This document shows, piece after piece, positions 37,305-45,056 of a stretch of DNA of 64,000 nt. Numbering within the stretch: position 1 is the first letter of the stretch; the number at the start of each line of letters is the position of its first letter. Position numbers and translations under genes: made by a program. The stretch is from Bacteroidota bacterium. Lineage in GTDB: Bacteria > Bacteroidota > Bacteroidia > B-17B0 > Aurantibacillaceae. Under the pieces are notes generated by a model that saw nothing but the letters and a program-made list of their open reading frames with translations, had not been told where the DNA came from and did no database searches. The stretch lies in NCBI GenBank assembly GCA_040386075.1, contig JAZKGE010000027.1, positions 171,403 to 235,402 on the forward strand, in the 5' to 3' direction.

Positions 37305-37940
37305 ATGCATCTCTTACTTGACGCTGCAAATACGATAATTTACAAACCCAAATTTTATACAACGTTTGTTGATGTTGTAAATGCAAACGCTCAAACAAAT
37401 ATTGAAATAGAGGAGTTAAGCAAAATTCATAAGATTATTTCAGAATGTTTTACTTTTCCGGATAAAACTTCAAAAGAATTTTATTACGATTTTAATAAAG
37501 AGTTATTGTATGCTTTTGGTATAGTTCCTAGCGCTGCACTTTTAAATACATTGTTCACAAGCTGTTCTTATTTACCCTGGGAAAAATACGAAGATACAAA
37601 ATGGCTTAATGAAATTAATTGTGAAAAGTCGGTTCTGTCAAATTTTCATAATGGACTTAAGGATATTATGGAGTTATTATTTCCTGGACAGTTTCAATCG
37701 CTTACTATTTCCGAAAATGAAAACTGTCGTAAACCTGATGTCAATTTTTATTTAGCTGCAGTAAAAAAATTAGATATTGATCCCTCCGAGATAGTTTATG
37801 TTGGCGATTCAGTTAAACTTGATCTTGAGCCTGCAATGGCTGTTGGGATGAAAGCATTTCTGATCGACAGAGGAAATTACTACCCTCATTGTCGACATCG
37901 TATTTCGAGTTTCCGAGATTTAGCCGAAAAAATTAAGTAA
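37305..37940 (+). CDS. HAD-superfamily hydrolase (subfamily IA-like), atypical motif I
   Basis: Motif I LLDAANTII (D-A-A-N-T instead of DxDxT), motif III-like RKPD, motif IV VGDSVKLDLEPA. Confidence 0.6.
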   Translation: MHLLLDAANTIIYKPKFYTTFVDVVNANAQTNIEIEELSKIHKIISECFTFPDKTSKEFYYDFNKELLYAFGIVPSAALLNTLFTSCSYLPWEKYEDTKWLNEINCEKSVLSNFHNGLKDIMELLFPGQFQSLTISENENCRKPDVNFYLAAVKKLDIDPSEIVYVGDSVKLDLEPAMAVGMKAFLIDRGNYYPHCRHRISSFRDLAEKIK

Positions 37941-38866
37941 TGAAAAAATTATCGTTAGTAGTACCCGTTTATTTTGAGGAAGAATGTATTCTGCAATTTA
38001 TTGCAGAAACAACAACAGTTTTAAATAAACTTGATTTGGAATGGGAAATAGTTTTTATTGATGATGGAAGTAAAGATAATACGGTTGAATTAATAAAATC
38101 AAAATCTGTCCAGGAGTCACGGATCAAATTAATAGAGTTTTCCTACAATCATGGTAAACAAATGGCGGTATCAGCAGGCATAAAACATGCAACCGGCGAT
38201 TACTTGTTGTATATGGATCCCGATCTGCAAGATCCTCCGGATGAAATACCTTTATTTGTTAACGAAATTGAAAAAGGTTATGATTTGGTATTTGGCATCA
38301 GAAAAGAAAAAATAGATTCTGTTCTTAATAAATTTTATTCTAAAATATTTTGGGGCACCCTTAATAAATTTACAGGATTGGAAATACCTAAAGGGCTTGC
38401 TGTGATGCGTATTTTTAACCGACGGTTTGCCGATAAATTTTTGGAATATGCAGAAACCAATCGTTTTATAGAAGGAATTTTCATGCATATCGGCATGAAG
38501 CGTAGCCAAATAGAAATTTCTCAACGTAAACGATTTGCAGGGACAAGCAAGTTTAATTTCAAGAAGAAAATGCAACTCGCATTTGATGCAATTTTTGACT
38601 TTTCAGAACTTCCTTTAAAGATGGCTTTGAAACTTGGGGTCTTAATTGCCTTATTAGGCTTTCTTGCTTTATTTGTAATTTTCATTCTTAAGGTGTTTTT
38701 TATTGATTTTGCATTAGGTTGGCCATCACTTATCTCTGCTATTACGGTTAGTTTAGGTCTTCAATTATTTTTTACTGGAGTGGCAGCGATTTACATCGGT
38801 AAAATATACCGGGAAGTTAAAGGAAGACCACTTTTTTCAGTTAAAGAACTCACTAATTTAAATTGA
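37940..38866 (+). CDS. GT2 polyprenyl-phosphate glycosyltransferase (ArnC/GtrB/DPM1-like)
   Basis: LSLVVPVYFEEECI, FIDDGSKDNT and MDPDLQDPP, plus two C-terminal TM helices, the ArnC/GtrB architecture. Confidence 0.85.
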   Translation: MKKLSLVVPVYFEEECILQFIAETTTVLNKLDLEWEIVFIDDGSKDNTVELIKSKSVQESRIKLIEFSYNHGKQMAVSAGIKHATGDYLLYMDPDLQDPPDEIPLFVNEIEKGYDLVFGIRKEKIDSVLNKFYSKIFWGTLNKFTGLEIPKGLAVMRIFNRRFADKFLEYAETNRFIEGIFMHIGMKRSQIEISQRKRFAGTSKFNFKKKMQLAFDAIFDFSELPLKMALKLGVLIALLGFLALFVIFILKVFFIDFALGWPSLISAITVSLGLQLFFTGVAAIYIGKIYREVKGRPLFSVKELTNLN

Positions 38867-39501
38867 AGAAACTAGCTATTATAGGGGCCGGAGACCTGGG
38901 GGATTTGATCTCCTACCATGCAACGCAAGACGGACATTATCATGTTGTTGGTTTTTATGATGATTATGCGGCTAAAGGCTCCGTATTAAACAACATTGAG
39001 GTGCTAGGTAAAATAGCAGAATTGGAGGAACATTTTTCAAAAGGAATTTTTGATGTGTTAATGATAGGTGTTGGATATAATCACATGTCATTCAGAAAAA
39101 CGTTGTTCGAAAAGTATGATCATAAAATTCCATTCGGAAACATAATACACTCTTCAGCCTTTGTTGACCCATCTGTAAAATTGGGAACCGGAGTTTTTAT
39201 TTTACCTGGCTGCACGCTCGATAAGAGCGTAGTCATAGGAAATAATGTATTATTAAACACCTCTGTTTGCATAGCACACGATACTACTATTGGCGATCAT
39301 TGTTTTTTATCGCCCAGAGTAAGCATTGCAGGTAAAACACATATAAAGCACAGCTGTGTTCTTGGAATTAACTCAACTATTATTGATAACATAAATATTG
39401 AACCCGAAATAAAGATAGCCGCCGGTACGGTTGTTATTAAAAGCCTCACTCAAAAAGGATTATATGCGGGCGTGCCTGCGATATTTAAAAAAGAACTATG
39501 A
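38863..39501 (+). CDS. PglD/NeuD-family sugar N-/O-acetyltransferase (left-handed beta-helix)
   Basis: N-terminal KKLAIIGAGDLGDLI Rossmann-like subdomain, then hexapeptide repeats (IGNNVLLNTSVCIAHDTTIGDHCFLSPRVSIAG). TTG start overlaps the upstream stop. Confidence 0.75.
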   Translation: MKKLAIIGAGDLGDLISYHATQDGHYHVVGFYDDYAAKGSVLNNIEVLGKIAELEEHFSKGIFDVLMIGVGYNHMSFRKTLFEKYDHKIPFGNIIHSSAFVDPSVKLGTGVFILPGCTLDKSVVIGNNVLLNTSVCIAHDTTIGDHCFLSPRVSIAGKTHIKHSCVLGINSTIIDNINIEPEIKIAAGTVVIKSLTQKGLYAGVPAIFKKEL

Positions 39502-40634
39502 TTACATTCAATAAACCTTATTTAACAGGTAAAGAAAACGATTATATTGCTGGAGCGGTTGCCAGTATGAAAATTTCAGGCGATGGAAATTATACTAAAA
39601 TGTGCCATAAATTTTTTGAAGAAAAGTATGGCTTTAAAAAAGTACTTCTAACCACGTCCTGTACCGATGCCTTAGAAATGGCAGCATTATTACTGGATAT
39701 AAAAGAAGGGGATGAGGTCATCGCACCATCATATACATTTGTATCTACAGTAAACGCATTTGTTTTGCGTGGAGCCAAAATAGTATTTGTGGATAGTGGT
39801 AGTGATAATCCGAACATGGATGTTAGTGCTATTGAAGCATTGATCACCGACAGAACAAAAGTTATCTTGCCTGTGCATTATGCTGGTATAGCCTGTAACA
39901 TGACAAGGATCATGGAAATAGCCGATAAACATGATTTGTTTGTTGTGGAAGACGCTGCACAGGCTATTGATTCATATTACAAGGATAGACCGTTAGGGTC
40001 TATAGGTCACTTATCAGCCTTTTCATTCCACGAAACAAAAAATATCATTTCTGGTGAAGGTGGTATGTTAGTTATTAATGATGAACGTTTTATTAAACGT
40101 GCAGAAATAATTCGGGAAAAAGGAACAAATCGTTCTTCATTTTTTAGAGGCGAAGTTGACAAGTATGGCTGGGTTGACCTTGGTTCATCATTTTTGCCTT
40201 CAGACATAATTGCGGCATTCTTATTTGCTCAGCTTGAAAACCTGGATGATATTCAACAAAAACGAAAGACTATTTGGGATCAATATAACCAGGGTTTAAA
40301 AAAACTTAGTGATAACGGTAAATTAAAATTACCGCTTATTCCTCGTGACGCAACTAATAATGCTCATATGTATTATGTTATTTGCAAAAATTTAGATGAG
40401 CGAACCCGGTTGATCAAACATCTTAAGGAGAGTGACATTCATGCGGTTTTTCACTATCTCAGTCTGCACAAAAGCCCTTATTATTTAACAAAACACGATG
40501 GTCGTGTACTTAGTAATTCTGATTATTATTCCGAAAGCCTTCTCAGACTTCCCTTTTATTTCGAATTAAATAAGGAGCAGGTAAACAGTGTAGTTGATAG
40601 CATTAATTCATTTTATAATGAACAGCCTCAATAA
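39498..40634 (+). CDS. DegT/DnrJ/EryC1-family PLP aminotransferase, WecE (dTDP-4-amino-4,6-dideoxyhexose transaminase)-like
   Basis: FNKPYLTGKENDYI, TSCTDALEMAALLL, and SFHETKNIISGEGGML with the PLP lysine, as in WecE. Confidence 0.85.
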   Translation: MITFNKPYLTGKENDYIAGAVASMKISGDGNYTKMCHKFFEEKYGFKKVLLTTSCTDALEMAALLLDIKEGDEVIAPSYTFVSTVNAFVLRGAKIVFVDSGSDNPNMDVSAIEALITDRTKVILPVHYAGIACNMTRIMEIADKHDLFVVEDAAQAIDSYYKDRPLGSIGHLSAFSFHETKNIISGEGGMLVINDERFIKRAEIIREKGTNRSSFFRGEVDKYGWVDLGSSFLPSDIIAAFLFAQLENLDDIQQKRKTIWDQYNQGLKKLSDNGKLKLPLIPRDATNNAHMYYVICKNLDERTRLIKHLKESDIHAVFHYLSLHKSPYYLTKHDGRVLSNSDYYSESLLRLPFYFELNKEQVNSVVDSINSFYNEQPQ

Positions 40635-42327
40635 CTGGTATAACCCCAAAAAGCTACCTGGTATTATAATGATAATATCATTAGTTGTGTTTTTTTTATA
40701 CTTGTCACCATTCTTTATATATGGTGAAATGGTACATATATGGCCTTATGATAATTTAAATTCAAATGTGGTATGGAATAAAATCATAGCACAAAGTGGT
40801 AGTATTTTTTCATCTAATGAAACTATTATTCCAAATATTATGGGGGGCGTACCACGTAGTTGTTTTTATTGTTCGGAATTTAGTGCATTACTTTGGTTGT
40901 ATTATTTTTTCTCACCATTTACTGCTTATGTGTTAAACATTGTACTGTTGCATTCCGTTGCTTTTTTCGGAGCCTATATGTTGAGTAAAAAGTATTTTTT
41001 GAAAGATCAATCTTATTTATTTGCCTTCCCGGTTGCCCTGTGTTTTGCCTTAATCCCTTTTTGGTCTCCGGCATGTTTAAGTATTGCAGGGCAGCCATTG
41101 TTACTGTATGCACTTTTTAACATCAAGACAAAAGATTCAAGTTATTTAGATTGGCTTATTGTTATGTTGTTTCCATTATTCTCCTTTTTTGCATTTAGTA
41201 CTTTGTTTTTTATTGTTGCTATCGGCTTATTTTTTATATACGATACTATCAGATATAAAAAAATCAATATCGCTTTTTTTATGGCCATTTCGCTCTTATT
41301 GGTTATGTGCATACTTGCCGAGTATAGACTATTTATAAGTTTTTTTATTAAGCCATCTTATGTATCTCACCGGGTTGAATTCCAGTTGGATGAAAGACCA
41401 TTAACTTTCATTGAGGTACTTAAAACAACGGTTGAAGCATTTAAAACAGGACAGCATCACGCCAGTTCTTTACACTATCCTATTTTATGTGTTATAGTTC
41501 TAATAGCTTTAGTTGTTGGGTTTATAAAGAAAAGTAAATATCTAAAACCAGTGATTTATTTGCTTATGGTTGCCGGCTCAATTATGCTGTTTTATAAGCT
41601 TACAAATTGGGGAGTGTATGTCGAAAAAACAAGAGGCAACAAGCTGTTAACTGAATTTAAGATCGAAAGGTTTTATACGTTGTATCCATTAATATGGTTG
41701 TTGATTCTTTCTGCCTCCGTTTTTATCGTGGCCACATTTAAAAATAGAGTACTAAATGGCGTGATCTTTATTTTGCTTTCTGCTCAAATTGCATATCTGT
41801 TTTCTAATTCTATAGAATTTAAATACTCACTACGGGATTATGTTTTGCATTCTAAAGATGTTCCTTCTAAATATAAAACATTTAGAGAGTTTTATTCTGA
41901 AGATTTATTTACAAAAATTAAAACTATTATAGGAAAGCCTCAATCTGAATATAGGGTTGTTAACCTTGGGGTTGATCCAGCTATTACTGCCTATAATGGT
42001 TTTTATACGTTAGATATGTATATGGCAGTTTATCCCCTGGACTACAAGAAAAAATTCAGAAGAATTATGGAAAAGGAATTAGATAAGGATAATGCCAAAA
42101 GGAAAACGTTTGACAATTGGGGAAGCCAATGCTACTTGATTTCATCAGAAATTGCTAAGCCAGAAATTGATAATTTGGAATTAAATTTTGATATGCTTAA
42201 AGAAATGAACTGCCAGTTTATTTTTTCAGTTCGGAAAATAAATAATGCATCAGAAAATTTAAGTTTTGTATCCAAAGTACCCGGAAACAGATATCTTAAA
42301 TATATTTATGTGTATAAAGTTATATGA
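40618..42327 (+). CDS. large polytopic membrane protein (about 12 TM + soluble C-terminal domain), unknown family; candidate GT-C-like transferase or polymerase
   Basis: About 570 aa with hydrophobic spans over the first approx 400 aa and a soluble tail (YRVVNLGVDPAITAYNGFYTLDMYMAVYP...). Start set to ATG 40618, overlapping the WecE-like stop. Confidence 0.55.
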   Translation: MNSLNNWYNPKKLPGIIMIISLVVFFLYLSPFFIYGEMVHIWPYDNLNSNVVWNKIIAQSGSIFSSNETIIPNIMGGVPRSCFYCSEFSALLWLYYFFSPFTAYVLNIVLLHSVAFFGAYMLSKKYFLKDQSYLFAFPVALCFALIPFWSPACLSIAGQPLLLYALFNIKTKDSSYLDWLIVMLFPLFSFFAFSTLFFIVAIGLFFIYDTIRYKKINIAFFMAISLLLVMCILAEYRLFISFFIKPSYVSHRVEFQLDERPLTFIEVLKTTVEAFKTGQHHASSLHYPILCVIVLIALVVGFIKKSKYLKPVIYLLMVAGSIMLFYKLTNWGVYVEKTRGNKLLTEFKIERFYTLYPLIWLLILSASVFIVATFKNRVLNGVIFILLSAQIAYLFSNSIEFKYSLRDYVLHSKDVPSKYKTFREFYSEDLFTKIKTIIGKPQSEYRVVNLGVDPAITAYNGFYTLDMYMAVYPLDYKKKFRRIMEKELDKDNAKRKTFDNWGSQCYLISSEIAKPEIDNLELNFDMLKEMNCQFIFSVRKINNASENLSFVSKVPGNRYLKYIYVYKVI

Positions 42328-42343
42328 TTGGCAATAGGTAATC

Positions 42344-42877
42344 ATGATCGAAACACTTATATCGTCTAAAACAAGAATAAAGCTGTTGATGAAATTTTTT
42401 CTCAATAGTCAAAATACAGGTTATTTGCGTAGCCTGGAGGAAGAGTTTGGCGAGTCTACAAATGGAATAAGAATTGAACTTAATAAATTTGAGAAAGCAG
42501 GATTTTTGAATTCCGTTATAAAAGGAAATAAAAAAATATTTACCGCAAATACAAAGCATCCCTTGTATGTCGACATCAATAGAATGATCATGAAAATGGT
42601 TGGAATTGAATATGTGCTCGACTATATATTGCAACGAATTGGAAATTTGAGTAAGGTATATTTGACTGGAAAGCTGGCAAATGGCCAAGACTCAGATGTT
42701 ATTGATATAGTATTGATCGGAGATGATTTAAATAAGACATTTTTATTAGAGCAGATCGAAAAGGCAGAACAAAAAATTGGTAAGAAGATCAGGTTTATAA
42801 CTTACACTACAAATGAATTTGAGTTAAGTAGAATTGAGGAATACGATATAAAGCCCTTATTATTATGGGGAAAATAA
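42344..42877 (+). CDS. winged-HTH regulator fused to a minimal nucleotidyltransferase-like domain
   Basis: N-terminal SKTRIKLLMKFFLNSQNTGYLRSLEEEFGESTNGIRIELNKFEKAGFL (ArsR-like wHTH). C-terminal LTGKLANGQDSDVIDIVLIGDD resembles the G-x-x-A-x-G...D-x-D core of minimal NTases. Confidence 0.55.
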   Translation: MIETLISSKTRIKLLMKFFLNSQNTGYLRSLEEEFGESTNGIRIELNKFEKAGFLNSVIKGNKKIFTANTKHPLYVDINRMIMKMVGIEYVLDYILQRIGNLSKVYLTGKLANGQDSDVIDIVLIGDDLNKTFLLEQIEKAEQKIGKKIRFITYTTNEFELSRIEEYDIKPLLLWGK

Positions 42878-42891
42878 TTATTTAGATATTT

Positions 42892-43746
42892 ATGATGCAA
42901 ACAAAAGAAGATTGGGATTTGATCATTAGACCCCGAAGCAAATGGTTTCAACTAGACTTACATGCCATTTGGAAATATCGCGACTTACTGATGTTATTAG
43001 TAAAACGTGATTTTGTTGCGGTATATAAGCAAACTATACTAGGACCGTTGTGGTTTTTTATTCAGCCGGTACTTACCGCCTTGACATTTACATTTATTTT
43101 TGGACGGGTGGCACAATTAAGTACAGAGAAAATGCCGCCTATGGCATTTTATTTGGCGGGCATCACGTTATGGACTTATTTTTCAGATTGTTTCATAAAA
43201 ACTTCCAATACGTTTATTGCCAATGCCGGAGTATTTGGAAAAGTATATTTTCCAAGACTAATTATTCCTTTATCTATATTGGTATCCAATTTAATGAAGC
43301 TTGGCATTCAATTTTTGATCTTTCTTTGTGTATGGATGTATTATTACAATACGACCGATAAAATACATCCGCAATGGCAATATATGTGGGTATTGCCGAT
43401 ACTGATTATTATGATGGCTGGTTTAGGTTTTGGTTTTGGCGTTTTAATTTCTTCATTAACCACTAAGTATCGGGACTTTACTTTTTTAATTGGATTTGGA
43501 GTGCAGTTATTAATGTACGGAAGCTCTATTGTTCTCCCAATTTCTACGATGTCGCCTAAGGTGCAATTTTTAATGAAGTTAAATCCATTAACATCGGTTA
43601 TCGAAGGCTTTAAATTTATTTTTTTAGGCTCTGGTTTTTTTGAATTTAATTGGTTGTTATATTGCTTTGGTTTTATGATAGTGCTTGTTGCCCTATCGGT
43701 TATAATATTTAATAAAGTAGAAAAATCCTTTATGGATACCGTTTAA
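42892..43746 (+). CDS. wzm: ABC-2-type polysaccharide/O-antigen export permease
   Basis: 284 aa with 6 TM. RDLLMLLVKRDFVAVYKQTILGPLWFFIQP is the typical ABC-2 N-terminal signature. Confidence 0.8.
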   Translation: MMQTKEDWDLIIRPRSKWFQLDLHAIWKYRDLLMLLVKRDFVAVYKQTILGPLWFFIQPVLTALTFTFIFGRVAQLSTEKMPPMAFYLAGITLWTYFSDCFIKTSNTFIANAGVFGKVYFPRLIIPLSILVSNLMKLGIQFLIFLCVWMYYYNTTDKIHPQWQYMWVLPILIIMMAGLGFGFGVLISSLTTKYRDFTFLIGFGVQLLMYGSSIVLPISTMSPKVQFLMKLNPLTSVIEGFKFIFLGSGFFEFNWLLYCFGFMIVLVALSVIIFNKVEKSFMDTV

Positions 43747-43748
43747 TC

Positions 43749-45044
43749 ATGAGTAATACAGTTATAAAAGTAGAGGGACTTGGCAAACAGTATCGCTTAG
43801 GAAAAGTTGGTGCTGCTACACTGTCATCTGATTTGAATAGATGGATAGCCAAAGTGAGAGGCAAGGAAGATCCTAATTTAAAAATTGGCGAAGTAAATGA
43901 TAGAACCAAAGTTAGCACCAGTAATTTGGTGTGGGCTTTAAAAGACATTAATTTTGAAGTAAAGCAAGGTGATGTGCTTGGTATTATCGGTAAAAATGGT
44001 GCTGGAAAATCAACGTTATTAAAAATCTTATCAAGAGTTACTGCTCCAACAATCGGCGACATTAAAGTGAAAGGTCGTATAGCCAGCTTACTGGAAGTAG
44101 GAACAGGATTTCATCCGGAGTTAAGTGGGAGGGAGAACATTTATTTAAATGGTGCTATCCTTGGAATGACCAAACAGGAAATCAAAAATAAATTCGATGA
44201 GATAGTAGATTTTAGCGGTGTGGAACGTTATATTGATACTCCGGTTAAACGTTATTCATCAGGAATGTACGTGCGATTGGCATTTGCCGTAGCAGCTCAT
44301 CTGGAGCCAGAGATTCTGATCGTAGATGAAGTATTGGCTGTAGGTGATGCTGAGTTTCAAAAAAAGTGCCTGGGTAAAATGAAAGATGTAAGCGGCCAGG
44401 GACGTACGGTTTTATTTGTAAGCCATAATATGGCGGCAGTAAAAGGATTGTGTACAACAGGAATTGTTTTAGAACAGGGTACTATCAAGTTTAATGGAAC
44501 TAGTGAGGGAGCAATAGATTTTTACAGCCGTTCGGCATATAATTTATCTGAAATACCTTTGGAAGAAAGGAAAGACAGAAAAGGAAATGGTAAACTCAGA
44601 ATAAAGGATATCATATACGTTAATAACCTTGGTACAAGAGTGGGTGATTTGACCTCCGGCGAGTATTACAAAATACAATTTCAGTTTGAACGTTACCAGC
44701 AGATAGACTTAAAGCAATTAACGTTTGTATTGCAATTTAAAAATGAAAGCGATGAGATCGTAACTACCATAGCAACGGACGAGCAGGGAACAGTATTTAA
44801 CACCATCGGAAACACAGGCTGTTTTGAGATTGAAATTCCTAGACTTAATTTTAGAGAGGGTAGGTATCTTATAAATTTTATGATCAGCGAAAAGCTTTCT
44901 TTTAACACTCCACATGTTACCATTGATTATTTAGCAGATGCAGCCACTATGAATGTTATCAGGGGCGATTACTGGAATTCGGGAATATTAAACAGGCCTA
45001 AAGGTTTTATTCAGGAATCTTCAATTAAAATAATAGATCTTTAG
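43749..45044 (+). CDS. wzt: polysaccharide ABC exporter ATP-binding protein with C-terminal Wzt-type glycan-binding extension
   Basis: Walker A GIIGKNGAGKSTLLK, signature YSSGM, Walker B ILIVDEVLAVGD, H-loop FVSHN. About 180 extra C-terminal residues, beta-rich. Confidence 0.9.
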   Translation: MSNTVIKVEGLGKQYRLGKVGAATLSSDLNRWIAKVRGKEDPNLKIGEVNDRTKVSTSNLVWALKDINFEVKQGDVLGIIGKNGAGKSTLLKILSRVTAPTIGDIKVKGRIASLLEVGTGFHPELSGRENIYLNGAILGMTKQEIKNKFDEIVDFSGVERYIDTPVKRYSSGMYVRLAFAVAAHLEPEILIVDEVLAVGDAEFQKKCLGKMKDVSGQGRTVLFVSHNMAAVKGLCTTGIVLEQGTIKFNGTSEGAIDFYSRSAYNLSEIPLEERKDRKGNGKLRIKDIIYVNNLGTRVGDLTSGEYYKIQFQFERYQQIDLKQLTFVLQFKNESDEIVTTIATDEQGTVFNTIGNTGCFEIEIPRLNFREGRYLINFMISEKLSFNTPHVTIDYLADAATMNVIRGDYWNSGILNRPKGFIQESSIKIIDL

Positions 45045-45056
45045 AACTAATATCTC

